Source: Nemertoderma westbladi
Taxonomy: Eukaryota > Animalia > Xenacoelomorpha
Direction of reading: 5' to 3'
Length of the DNA stretch: 43,273 bases
Assembly (NCBI GenBank): GCA_032718475.1
Contig: JAUCBJ010007726.1
Location: 1-43,273, forward strand
Below, piece after piece: positions 1 to 12,732 of this stretch. Each line of letters begins with the position of its first letter. Positions within the stretch are counted from its first letter, which is position 1. The position numbers and the translations under genes were made by a program. The notes beneath the pieces were generated by a model. The model saw only the letters and a list, made by a program, of their open reading frames with translations. It was not told the DNA's origin and did not search any database.

Positions 1-579
1 TCTAATGTTATTTGATAGACCCTACATGAGTCAGCCTGTGTTCCTTTTATATGTGACCAAAATCAGTGAAGATTGGCAGATTAGTGTGCAGTATTGTGCA
101 GCATAGTGTATGAGTGAGTCTGTTAAAGAAGCAATTCCTAAAGAATGCGCCATATATGTGGATTATAATTAAGCCATATCGTTGCGAGTAGTTTAAGTCA
201 TAACTCTGTTTATGTAGATAAAGCGCCACGTCCTAAAGGAACTGTTAATATTACCGAAGGTGAATAATATTGTCAGAGATTATATAATACTGTCAGTCGA
301 ATAATACATTGGCTTACATAGCAATACAAATTAAACCGTCGAACCCAATCTCCCGGGAATATCCAGCGGGTGAATGGTCGCGCACGGATTGGTTTCGACT
401 AGTGTAGTGAATCAAATACTTGTCATAGACTAAAAAGCAGATTTATTATCTAGAAGACATTCTAATTTGGCGGGTTAAACTGCCAAAGGTCTGAAAGCGC
501 GAACAGAGGTAGTTGAGTAGTAGAGAGGGCACATAGGGTGCCAGGCAGTAGAGTAGCAAAGGCGGGCACATAGGGTGCC

Positions 580-940
580 AGCTAGTAGAGTTAGAGATAG
601 TAGAGAGTTAGTTGAGTTAGAAAGATAGTAGCAGAGTAGAAGTAGTAGTAGAATGGTTGTGGGCACCACAAGCGCCACGTAGATGGAGGGTTTTAGTCAG
701 AGTTAGGAAAGAGTTAGTAGACTTAGCAGAGAGTAGAGTTAGTGGTTAGTAGAGTTAGAATTAGAGCTAGTTAGAGTTAGTAGGGAGTTAGAGAGTTCTA
801 GTTAGAGTTAGTGGAAAGTTAGAGGCTTTTAGTTAGAGCTAGAAGTAGTAAGAGTTAGCAGAGAGTAGAGTTAGTAGTTAGTCGAGTTAGGAGTTAGTTA
901 GAGTTAGAGAAGTTAGATAGTTAGCAAGTTAGACCTTAGA
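580..940. repeat. Degenerate purine-rich simple repeat (AGAGTTAG/AGTTAG-like)
   Basis: Many imperfect GAGTTA/AGTTAG units seen directly; the overlapping ORF is a low-complexity artefact. Confidence 0.75.
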
Positions 941-3199
941 TAAGGTAGACAGTATGATAGCACAGGGGTAGCATTAGAGGTCAGGGCCTTAGAGAGTGGC
1001 AGGGAATAGAGAGGAGATAGTAAAAGGAGCTGTTGGCGAGAGAGAAGAGTGCGATTCAGGTGTGGGGAGAGGGCAAGAGCGAGTTGAGTCAGAGAGCGGA
1101 GTTAGAGTGGTGAGAGTGTCGGGGAAACAAAAATTCTGTGAGGGAAGCGCACGATCGGCCCGACACGAGACGCCAGAGGGTAGTGACATCATACCCATAG
1201 GGAGCGGCCTGGAAAGCCGACTCCAAGAAAATAATCCCACCCCACACCCGATAATAGATCGAGTTCCAGCGGAATTGAAGCGCACTTAGAGGTTGATGCT
1301 ATCTTCTCACCGGGAAGATAGCATGGGGGGGGGAGTGTTAGCGAATCAATTCCGCTAACACAAACCCATAGAGTGAGCCATTAAGCAATATTGGGAGCAC
1401 GAGGTTGATTACCCAACCTCGTGTCACCCCAACAAAGTGGGAAGGAGAAACACACAATAGGGGTCAAGGGCCACACCCCTGACACAGAGAGAATAGCAGG
1501 AGTGAAGGGAAACACTCCAAAGGGCGCCAACAGGGATATTAGCCAATGGGAGGGAGGCACCGGCTAGGTACAATAACAAGGCCAACCCGTGCAATATAAC
1601 CAGTTATCATGTTACTCATTAGTTCAGTTATCTCAGTCTGTCAGTACAGTCAGGTAGTACGGTGACAGTTAGGACCGTCACCGCCGTCAGCATATTACCG
1701 GTCATTCATTGTGCAGCAGTATTCAGTGCTATCTGCTATTGTACCTATATGTTATCTCAACTTATATCCTTAACAACAACATCAGAACAAGAACTCTTTT
1801 CATTCACACGGCGGGGACGCGTACGTAACCAACACCGGATAAACCGGGATCCTCTCGGATCCCGTCACAGAGAATACGGGATTACACATAATGAAAGTAC
1901 CCAACCCCCTTAAAGAGGCAGGTCTTTACAGATGTCGTCGTATGCATTCATGGCAGGTTAATTCAACTATTTCGTTTTAGCTACTCGGTTTCTGTACTTA
2001 TATATGTTTTAAGCATATGTTTAGAAAAAACAGGTAATGTTTTAGTTCAAAATTTATAAGTTTTTTTTATCCTACATAACACTATTACTTGGCGATGTAA
2101 AACATAATACATGTACATGTAGTCATACATACAGACATATGTATGTAGTCAGTGTTAACTGATACCATTCACCATTAATGAACGTTACTTTTCAGTTGAA
2201 ACACCAACACCATTTAGGCGTTATTATATGGAGACTAAATTAGAACGTTGAAATCTGGTACAGTATGTGCGACGTTTATGGAGTGGACATGTTCTCAACG
2301 TGTGAACGTTATGTGCTACTAGCTGACTAGGGAGCTGAGATATGAGCGTTCAAAAGTTTCATGGTTTTGCACCTGCGTGAGGCTGTTTATTCTATTAAAT
2401 AAAAACACTATATTCTAGAACATTTTGTTTATGTATGAATAGCTACATAATAGTATGTTTAAAGAAGCATTGCATTGTTGCCCAGCTACGTACAGACGTA
2501 CGGGATAAACAAAATGTTCCAGAATATGATGTATTTATTAAATAGAATAAATGGCGTGCAGGGGAAGCAAATACATGCAACTTTCGAATGCCCATATCTC
2601 TGTATCTCGGCTATTTCTCTACCAAATTCAATTGTTTTTACATTTTTGGAATCCTTGCACGACTAGCTTTAAATTAGTACTAACAAATCATAATACGGTT
2701 GAAGAATAACTGTGGTGTGACTGGTGCAATTTCGCCGGAGACACTATTTTCAAAAGCTTGTAGCTAAATAATGAAAGCGAAAATAAAAATTCTGGCTCAC
2801 TCAGTAAGGAGGAGGGAGGTGAAACTATCTCTGTTTCAAATGTCATGCAATCTCATTACTGCATTAAGATTTGTAGAAAAATTTGGGGGTGGGGGGTGGT
2901 CCATGTACCAGAATAACGACACTATATTCCAGGACATGGTGCAGATGGTGTAGTAGGCCTACGTATTACAGTAGAAAATTGACTGTTTGAAGAGCAATAA
3001 TCTCCAATTACCATAGTCGTAGCAGTAGTCTCGCGCAATTTAATCTATCCTACTTTTATTTTCGGGGTGCGTGGTTTAATTTTTTTGGGTGCGCGATTAT
3101 TGCATATGGGAATGCGCGGTTGGCAATGAAGTGCGCGGGCATTGTGCGCACCTGGGAGACTTTTTCCAGCCTGGCAGCCTGGCCCTTGCAGTTAGGTAC

Positions 3200-3520
3200 A
3201 ATGGCCAAATCTGGCAACGTCAAAAGTTGCCACATACTGACATATGGCAATGTTTATTGCCAAATCTGGCAACTTTTGGTTTTTCTAATTTTCGCACGCC
3301 CAGAAGCAAAATCGCAGTTTGGTAAATAGGAACGGTAAGTGAAAAGAGCGCGAAATTTAAATATAATTGACCGTATACGAAAAAAAAATCATCGTCTGAA
3401 TTTCTCTTAGCAATAGGCCAAAATGTGCCTAAAATAATTATTGCCATTTTTGGCAACCATTAAAATTAAAGTAAAATAATGGTTGCCCTTTTTGGCAACC
3501 ATTATCATTGTGCAGCCCTG
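3200..3520. mobile_element. Probable terminal fragment of a hAT-like DNA transposon
   Basis: Cluster of TGGCAA/TTGCCA subterminal-type repeats ending in TGTGCAGCCCTG (reverse complement CAGGGCTGCACA, a hAT-like terminus). The partner end was not found. Confidence 0.3.
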
Positions 3521-3589
3521 TCAATTACCGTACCGTAGGCCTACTCTGTCATTGTAAATTACTTTAAAATTGCTTGCTGCTTGCTTACC

Positions 3590-6500
3590 CTTGTCAAGTT
3601 GTGGTGATTTATAAACATTAGTTGATGAAATGTCAGATCCAGATGTATGCTCTGCATTTATGTATTTATGCTCTGTGCGAGTTCCTCCATTCCTAACAAA
3701 ATTATTACTGTACGCCCAAACGACAAGCCATGGTACACCACTAAGTTAAGGCGCCTCTCTCGTATAAAGGACAGCAAAATCTACTAACAATGACAACTCC
3801 TGGACCAGTTTCCGCCTAGCCAGAAACAAGTACATTCTTGAATGCCGTAAAGCAAAAAAGGAGTATTTCTCAAACCTGTCGGGCAAACTCATTTCAACCA
3901 GATTTTCCAGTAAACAATGGTGGTCGATCTGTAAACAACTGCTGGGGAAAGTACCAGAACAGGAGATTCCCTCAATATCTTATAATAATGTTGTTGCTGT
4001 CACTCCAAAAGAGAAAGTAGACCTCTTCAACTCCTTCTTCATCGACCAGTATTCATTGGGTGAATCAAACTTCATTATGCCTCATACTGCTTTTCCAGAA
4101 CCTTTGTTAACTGAGATTGTCTTTCATACGCCCGAAATTCTGTGTGACATAAAAACTTTAGACCCTGACAGTGCTACCTGTGCGGCTGAGGGGATTTCCA
4201 ATAAAATGATTAAAGCCGGGATGCCTGTAATCATAAATCACCTTTCTAAACTGTTCCAGTTCATATTTGATAGTGCGGTTCACCCGAAGAACTGGAAATT
4301 GCGTTATGTTTTGCCACTCCTAAAAAATATTCCAAACGATATTTGCAACAACTTCCGTCCTGTGGCCCTTACTAGTAACCTCGGCAAGCTGTTTGAACAT
4401 TACATCCACAGAACAATCTTTGCTCATGTCAAAAATTACATTTCAAAATTTCAGTCTGGCTTTAAAAGTGGTGATGGGACCATCTACCAATTGATTTCTC
4501 TCTACAACGCCCTTGTTAATGCCTTAGACAAAGGAAAAGAGGTACGCATAGTTTTCCTGGATATTAGCAAAGCATTTGATAAAGTCCACCACAAAAGTCT
4601 TCTATACAAAATCGAAAACATGGGTATTGGAGGAAAGCTTCTTGAATGGCTTCATAACTATTTAAAAGATAATTTTCAATGCGTCGTAGTGAATGGTCAA
4701 CAGTCATCATGGGTTAAGGTTTTGGCTGGAGTTCCACAAGGTTCTGTGTTGGGCCCATTACTGTTTTTGATTTTTATCAATGACATAGTAGACGTAGTCA
4801 CTGGTAATATTAGTCTCTATGCTGACGACACAGCTCTTTACATAGAAGTCAACTCTAGGTCGAATTGTATCCTTGCCGCATCCGCACTTAATGCGGATCT
4901 CAACTCAATTTCCAATTAGGGAGCAAGATGGTTGGTCAAATTTAACCCTGCTAAATCTGAGTGTATGCTTTTTTCTCACCGCAGATCGCGCGACCCAAAC
5001 AACCTCCCCTTATTTATCAACGGTATTCCTATCCCAGAAGTCTCAGAGCATAGGCATCTCGGCCTCATCTTCTCATCCTCCTTAAAATGGCATTCACAGG
5101 TTGCAAAAATGCTCGTCGCTGCCAACAAGAAGTTAAACATGTTAAGAATTGTTAAGTACAAAGTTGGTAGAGACGCATTAATGAACATTTACAAATCTTT
5201 TGTTCGTTCAAACCTGGAATACGCCGGTGCTGTTTGGGACAACTGTTCTCAGGAACTCAAAACTGAGTTGGAGCTCCTAAATAAGGAAGCAATTCGAATC
5301 GTGTGTCGATTAACAATATCTTGCCCCACAAACAAGTTGTACAAGGAGTCTGGTCTATGTCCACTTCAACAAAGACGGGACTATCAGAAATTGTGTATTT
5401 TCTATAAAATGATGTCTGGCCATGCCCCACAGCACTTACTAGACATGCTTCCCCCTGTTGTAAGGTCTGCCAGCGTCTATGACACCCGTAACTCTGGTAA
5501 CGTTCGTCCGCCAATGGCACGCAGAAACTTTTACAGAGGCTCATTCTTGCCTTCCGTCGTTCGTCTCTGGAACAGTCTTCCTACAGATAAGCAGTCCGCA
5601 GACTCTATCACAACTTTTAAGCAAAGTGTATTGCCTATAATTTGTTCTCTGCATCCAATCCCTCCCTATTACTCCCTTGGGTCTCCAACTATAAACGGCT
5701 TACTTGCCAGACTGAGATGTAATTGCTCATCTCTGAACTCTGACCTTAACTCCAATCATGTCCAAACCGTCAAATCATGTTCCTTTTGCCATCAACGGGA
5801 GGACGCTTTCCACTACTTTATGGAATGCCCACTATTTCATTCTCACCATATTATATTGCATGCAGCTATTTCGGCTTTAGGACTAAGACCATCACTTACC
5901 ACTATCTTATTTGGCCTACCACACAGACCTGACAGTCACCCAGTCTCCACGACAGCGCTGCGCGACAAGGCGGTCGCCCTTATCGATGTAATTACAATAT
6001 TCGTATTCAATACAGGTCGATTTAACAGTCTCGGCTATTAGGGTAGTCTGTACGTCCGTCTCAACATACCACTGGTTTTCTCTTTCAGGTTTGAAATTAC
6101 AGTAATAACATAGTGGAACAGAACAACATATGTATAATAAAGTGCAAAACAATTCTAGAATTTAGTCTTTTTTAATTTTTGTTAGTGGTTTACTCATTCT
6201 TCCAAATATTTGCCCCTTTAAACTTTTATATCTTGCGGATTGCAACACATATCTTTTAATCTTAATTTTTACTTATTTTACACACTACTCGTTCATAACT
6301 TCTGAATTTAACAATAAATTTCGATCTGATTAATGGTACTAGCAACGGTCAGGGCTGGTTTACTTTTGATGCCCTAATCTCATTTTTTTGGTTTGGGTGC
6401 GTTTGTGACTTGTGAGTGTGGCAGTGTGGTGCTTTTGTGCGTGTGGTGCGTTTGGTGTGTGTGATGTGTATCACGTACAGTGGATAACAAAGTGTGCTTT

Positions 6501-6685
6501 TGTTTCATTTAACATTTATCTGTGTCCGTGGTGCAATAAACATAAATATGCAATTAATCGGCAAGAGGGCTTTTATAAGCTTTAGAGCTTGTTGCCCAAT
6601 TGCTCCATTTATTTGGATTAATATACGTTAAAAAAAAAAAATTAAAAAAAAAAATAATAAAAAAAAAAAAAAAAAAAAAAAAAAA
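3590..6685 (+). mobile_element. 5'-truncated CR1-group non-LTR retrotransposon with poly(A) tail
   Basis: ORF2-like sequence from ~3600 (ITVRPNDKPWYT), RT domain, ~590-bp 3' UTR and A-rich tail at 6630-6685. The 5' edge is approximate and no TSD was seen. Confidence 0.88.
3774..6041 (+). pseudogene. LINE ORF2 (reverse transcriptase plus C-terminal Zn-knuckle-like region), disrupted
   Basis: ORFs 4056-4919 and 4932-6041 are in the same frame, separated by one TAG (4917-4919) at an expected Trp. Motifs: FRPVALTS, FLDISKAFDKV, GVPQGSVLGP, YADD, CSFC...HYFMEC. The frame is open from 3774, with a frameshift near 3772. Confidence 0.9.
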
Positions 6686-7268
6686 CCATACGGCAGACTG
6701 GTAGGCCTATAGGCATAAACAAAACTAAAGAATCACATGCTTCAAAGGCTGAAATGGAACTAAACGTAATAATATTTGACAACGTGAACATCACCACAAG
6801 GTATCAAGCAAGCAATGGGGCATTAAAGTTTGAGAAACGGTGTGACAGAAAAAAAATAGAATAGGCCCTATGTCAAAATTTAGAAAGACTGAGAAAACCA
6901 AAACGCGTGTTTTTTGTTAAGAGATTCAACCAAATTGTTTCTAGTATGCCCTAATGAAAAACGAGATGAAAAGATTTTCATTAGGGTAGGCCTATACAGT
7001 TCTGCAGTTATATGTAGGAATGGAAAGATAGATATACTGACTGATATAGAGTGAAGGATGATTTAGATTGCAGGGTAATTGTCAGATTGTATCTGGCAGT
7101 CTGGTATCCGCATTATACAGTTACAATCTTTAACTATTATTGGTACAAGCAACAATCTGAATCAACCACCTCCCAAGCAGCACCAGAGATTACTAGCAAA
7201 AATAAACTATCTCCAGTCAGGTCAGGATGTGTTTATGTTATTGACTCACATTTATTAGGGTATATTGG

Positions 7269-8730
7269 GGGTATATCTTTTGCGTAGAGGTATAGCCTAC
7301 ATAGAGGCTTCATGTAGGTATGTGTAGCCTACATGTAGATGCACGTGTAGGGTGAATGTAGGTAGGTGTAGTCCCATAGATATTAATGTAATTTATGTGT
7401 CAACTTGCAGTAACGTGATACACGGTCGTCAATCAGGATGTATGGCAATAATCTCTGATCTCCACGGTACAATACGGTACATCAACCTGCAGACCTGTCT
7501 GCTGTCAGACAACAGGTTTTACTGCATACTGCAGTACTGACCCCCCTCTGCCTCTCTTTATCTGTTTATCAACCATACATCCATGGGACTTGAACAATAC
7601 TTCAGCATTGAAATGTTTTGGACGTTTTGTTTTGAAAGTAAAAATATAGAAGTCTGGAAGTTTTGTTTGTTTTAATTTTTCAGGCATCACATTCCACCAA
7701 CCAGCAACAGTCCCATCCCTTCCCACTATCCCGCGGACCACCACACTGTTTCATTATAAAGTATTCCCATCTCGATGATGGGAATTAATCAGTAATCCGA
7801 TGGGATTCAAATCCCATCTCGAAGTAACAGCAAAACAATAACACGAAAGTCAATAGCTTTACAGTTATATTTGATTGCATTGAAAGTTAATAGAAAGAAG
7901 AAGTTAAATTGCATATCCATTAAAATATCATGAAATTGATACGGCAGTTTAGTAGATTAAAACGGCCACAGCAAGATTTATAAAATGAAAAATAAAGATA
8001 AAAGAAAATAAATGTAAAATCAGCACAGCACACAATATTATCAATATAGACATTGAAGACAATTTAATAAACAAATACTATAAAAAAATATCTACTAACA
8101 ATCAATACATGATATATAATATATATACATCAGCGACTACCATCGCCACTCTGGTTCAATCAGTCAGTCCGGTATCATTGTTAGCGTTTTGTTGAATTAC
8201 CCACTCATCCTCAGACCCTCATGGACACCGACGACGAGCTCTAACCCTAACCGTTAGTCGATTCCTCCTTGACTGGAAACATCAGGTTCGGGCCGTTCGG
8301 CCCATACAAAGTCATTAGCCTCCATGCCTGAACCCGCAGGATCATAAGATCTACAGTATGTATCGGTTTATCGTTCAGTCGTTTTTTCCTTTGTCAGTAC
8401 TGTAGTATTGATAGGCTCTGTCTCGTGGGTATTCAGGGGACCCCCATTCGATGTATTCGCATCTCCTCCTGGTTGTTTCGGGTACCACCGCCCGCCATAT
8501 GCGCATCTCTTCGTGGTTGTTCCGGGTACCACCCCCGATCACCGCATTCGCATCTCATCGAGGAAGTTCGGGTCCGGGTACCCCGTGTAGGCCTATTCAT
8601 TCATCATTGTTGTTTTTAAAGACCTACCTACACCTACCTACATTCACCCTACACGTGCATCTACATGTAGGCTACACATACCTACATGTAGCCTCTATGT
8701 AGGCTATACCTCTACGCAAAAGTTATACCC
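7269..8730. mobile_element. Non-autonomous Mutator (MULE)-like DNA transposon
   Basis: 103-bp TIRs at 7269-7371 and 8628-8730 (2 mismatches, start GGG) and a perfect 9-bp TSD GTATATTGG at 7260-7268 and 8731-8739. No transposase ORF. Confidence 0.88.
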
Positions 8731-8864
8731 GTATATTGGTCAGTTGGTTAGAATATGCCACTACTGCACTATCTGACTATCAGACTATAAGTATAACCTG
8801 GCCCTACCCGACCCGTTAACATTTCAGGATCTAAGGAGTGATGACCATAGACTGATAGACTGAT

Positions 8865-9031
8865 ACCCAAACTTTACCCAATTTTACCCAACTTTTTACC
8901 CAACTTTACCACACTTTACCCAATACCACCCAACTTTACCCAACTTCTGACTTCACCCAATCAATTACCACCCAATCCACTTTACCCAATACCACCCAAC
9001 TTTACCCAATCATTTCAATCCATTACCCAAT
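8865..9031. repeat. Degenerate short tandem repeat (TTTACCCAA-like)
   Basis: Repeated TTTACCCAA/ACCACCCAA units seen directly. Confidence 0.75.
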
Positions 9032-9123
9032 CTGCCAATCAATCACCTACTGACTGACTGACCTAGGCGGCCTAGGCCTAATCAATTACCGGTAGTTTGC
9101 AGTAGTCAGGTAGTCTGGTAGTT

Positions 9124-9412
9124 AATAATATAATAATAATAATATAATAATAATAATAATAATATTGGTTATTTATATAGCGCTTTTCTACGCTCAGCGT
9201 ACTCAAAGCGCTTTTATTATCATTACCCCAGCTGCCAGCAAAGCCAGGTTCCCATTATACCGCTGGGTTGACGTAGGCACTAATGTCTAAAGTGTCTTGC
9301 CTAGGGACACAACAGTGCGAAATTTCTACAGCCTTTAGTCGGATTCGAACCTGTGCCACCAACACACATTGTGTAAGCAGTTCAGGCGCCGTATCCACTC
9401 GGACACTGCGAC
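9124..9412 (-). mobile_element. tRNA-derived SINE with L2-like 3' tail
   Basis: Minus strand: A-box-like GTGTCCGAGTGG, B box GGTTCGAATCC, CORE/Deu-like TGTGTCCCTAGGCAAGACACTT, 3' AAAGCGCTTTGAG...GAAAAGCGCTATATAAAT and a (TTA)n tail. Confidence 0.8.
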
Positions 9413-10502
9413 ATCGCAGTGTCCGATCCGCATTAGGCCTATCTACCATATCCAATCTGCCAGAATGGAGTGGAGGAAGGGCTGCAGGGGGAAACTTGAT
9501 GCATATCTCAACCTGAATGTTAAATTCTCAATTTAGAGAAAGGAACAGGTTATAGTGGCACGTTATTCTAACCAAAACAATAAACTAAAGTCTATTCTAT
9601 AGCTGTATAGAACATCACCACCCCGAAATGTACCCTCATACAGCCATTAGCCATATTGATAATTTTATTGATGTCTGGATGTGTTATGTTATGATTATAT
9701 AAGTACCGGTACTGGACTGGAGTATGACTGTACGTACAGCTGTATAAATATGAAGCCATACAGGTCTAGGCCTATAGCTGTATAGGCCTACACTGATACA
9801 AAACAAACCATCCATACATCTGTACATGGCTGCATGGTGTGCCGTGCAGCCGTGTATACTGTATACACATTAAACCAATGGTACTACCTAACACTGTAGC
9901 TACTGACCTAGGCTACTGTATTACAGTATTAAACTGCCAGATAGACTGCTGGACTGCTACTGTCAGACAGTAGGCCTACTGGCTGACTGGTGACTGGTCC
10001 GGTACTGTAGTAAGTAAGTAGGCCTACAGATAGATGAAATAAAAAACAGAATCTTCTTAAATTTATACTACATATTTATATCTGTATATCGTATTAACAA
10101 TAATCCCACCATCTATTTTCAGTGCATCTTACATTTTATTAGATATATTGAAAAAGCATCGACGTAGAAAAGGTTTGCACGTAATTTGAGCAAAATCCAT
10201 TCACACACTCAAAAGTTATTGCAACTTTAGTGTCTGCAAGGCATACTTCAAAACGGAACTCAATATCCAATGTTGGTTTATATTGTTAAGCGGTTCTCTA
10301 GTTACGTAATAAATATTCGATAACACTAAATTATTTAACATTGAGTAAGGCAACATCGAGAGTTGAAGAGTAGGCCTATTATGGAAGCAATATAGTAAAA
10401 TACTGCAGTTCAATTTATTTTGTAACACAACTGTACTATTGCTAGGTATGTTTTATTACAGAAATAAGCAAAAAAAAGTACCAATTTAAGAATAAAATTA
10501 CG

Positions 10503-10611
10503 TATTACATGGGAAAAAAAAACGTGGAACATTTAACCTCGCTGACGCTCGGTAAATAAAATGCCTCGAGAATAATGAAATAAAAGTTTTACTATTTTTT
10601 CCCATGTAATA
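10503..10611. repeat. Small inverted-repeat element (MITE-like)
   Basis: 17-bp inverted repeat TATTACATGGGAAAAAA (10503-10519) / TTTTTTCCCATGTAATA (10595-10611). Confidence 0.45.
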
Positions 10612-11251
10612 AATAATTATTTTAACATATAATTTAAAGGAAAATAAGTTTCCTTTTTTCTTTACCTGGGAATCCTATCACTTCAATGGCGATATTATTT
10701 CAAAATTTTATAGTGTTCCTTGAATATATGGGCAACTGAAAATTAATCAAAATATTGATATATGTAAATACTCGCGCAGGAATTTGAAGGCCTTTGCTAA
10801 ATTTGCCTTTTTTTGCGATCCATACGTTACTTTGCAATCTGAGAAGCTATAAAACTACAATGCCTTTGCCTTTATGATCAAATGTGTTACACTACATTGG
10901 AATAAGTTGCCAATCCCAGGTATCTGTTTGCATAATCATTGTTTGATTTAAGGGGGGACTCCGGTCAAATCTCCGTCAGATCTGTTTTAGCTACAGCTAT
11001 CCAAAGTTGCGAATTTTCCATACGCTACCGAGGCGAATTTTGAAACAGGCCCAAATGGAAAGATTCATTACGTTGGAGGAGTCGGGCACGCGGTTAATGT
11101 AGTTTAAGCGAGTCACCACGGGGGGGGGGGGGGGGGGGGGGTTGGTTTCAGCGAGGGTGAATGCGTTTCCGTAGTCAACCGATTCCATTCCGCTGAGGTA
11201 GCGGTATACTTACAGGAGGTCCGCGCGATGTCGTCTGTATTCCAGTGTTGG

Positions 11252-12379
11252 CCCTAGACTTGCAACATCACCAATCTGCACTGATCTTAGCATAAGATCT
11301 TTATATGTCTTGGTAAGATCTTGGCACCTTTGCTCTATGATCTTAGCAGGGTTGGTAACGATCAGTGCAGATCTTTGCAGGATTGGTAAGACCACGGCTT
11401 ATCTCTGGGGTTTTAGTAAGATCAGTGCAGATCTTTGCAGAATTAATGATATATAACAAAGTTCTGCAAAGATCTTAATAGTTCTATCAATAATTAAGCA
11501 AAATTTGAAGCATTCTTCTGTTTGCACTGTGGATTGTTACTATGGGGATGTGGCAGTGGGGGATGTAGAACTAACTTAACACATCTTACCTACATATCCT
11601 ACTGTACAACTAACACCTACACACCTAACTGCCTACCATTTCCTATTGTTGTCCCTATCTGTATATCTATTGTGTGGTAATGGTATTATATTTAAGCAGA
11701 ACAAATTTCAATTTGGTTTTAAGATAAGCCAATTTAACTTTGCATTAATATCAATAAATTTATATTAGATTCATATAAATTAATATAATTACTCTACTTG
11801 GCCACCATATTAGATAATTCATATTGAAGTATATTTATAAATTTCTTTGTTTCTATACCTATTAATTGATAATTTATAATTAATTATTGATTGATAATTT
11901 CTAACTTGATATTATCATGATATGATCATGATAAGATCTGAAAAGATCTTCGTATGATATGTAATCTTATGTAAAATGCTATGAAAGAGAGTACTCTGGT
12001 CGGTCAAATACGGCAAAAAAATAATAATCATTGGCCTCTGCCTCTGGTGTTTTAAAATTTGGGCAGCCTCATTATCTGGCCTGATCTTATCCTGATCGTA
12101 GTCTGATCGTAGCAGATATAATAGCCATGTTGTTACTTTCCAAGACAATAATTATAATGTTTAATGTAAAAATGGTTTTGATATTTAACAAATTGCAACC
12201 ATACATTCAATAAATAAATATTTTTTCAATATTTTGTATATGTAAATTCTTAAAAGATTTTGTATGATCATTCTATGATCGTAGCAGATTTACAATGTAT
12301 TATGATCAGTGCAGATGAATCAAGCACATAGCATGATCCGTATAGATCTTGGCAGATTCGTAAAGTCGCTAGTCTAGGG
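11252..12379. mobile_element. Non-autonomous CMC/EnSpm-like DNA transposon
   Basis: Imperfect ~36-bp TIRs CCCTAGACT...AATCTGC / GCAGATT...AGTCTAGGG, GG 2-bp TSD (11250-11251, 12380-12381), AGATCT/GATC-rich subterminal repeats at both ends and an AT-rich core. Confidence 0.7.
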
Positions 12380-12624
12380 GGAGACCCAGTTCTCGTAGTC
12401 TCATGGGGTCGGTTTGTCTCTCAATTCCTAAACAACTGTAATCTGGTCGCACATCGTTGTACCGATTCAATTACAACAGTACCTAATATGTACTGTATAA
12501 TACTTTCATACTCTAGGCCTACATCAGCTGTTTTAACACCCCCTGCTGTTATGTGCTGCAACCTTAGTGGGCATATACAATATAATGTAATAAATAGAAC
12601 AATATGATAATGCTCTCCATACCG

Positions 12625-12732
12625 AAAAATATCAGCCGAACCTATACGGGCTCGAACCCGGTACCTAGATTTCAAACACCCGGTTATTATCAGCCGGGTG
12701 TGAGTGTCCCAAGACAACTGAGCTACCTGGTC
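12625..12732 (-). pseudogene. tRNA-derived fragment (pseudo-tRNA or SINE head)
   Basis: Minus strand: GACCAGGTAGCTCAGTTG (A box), GGTTCGAGCCC (B box), then T5. The middle is an ACACCCGG/CCGGGTGT hairpin rather than a normal anticodon arm. Confidence 0.45.

Noticed and set aside
580-940. Interstitial telomere array
   Set aside because: Units are TTAGAG/TTAGT-like and irregular, not TTAGGG or TTAGG arrays.
1522-1537. GGGCGCCAACAGGGAT resembling a tRNA-Lys primer binding site
   Set aside because: Needs gaps to align. No adjacent TG...CA LTR or gag/pol was seen.
8242-8252. CTAACCCTAAC, identical to a TTAGGG telomerase RNA template
   Set aside because: Only 11 nt, inside a transposon, with no pseudoknot or H/ACA domain recognised. 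Likely chance.
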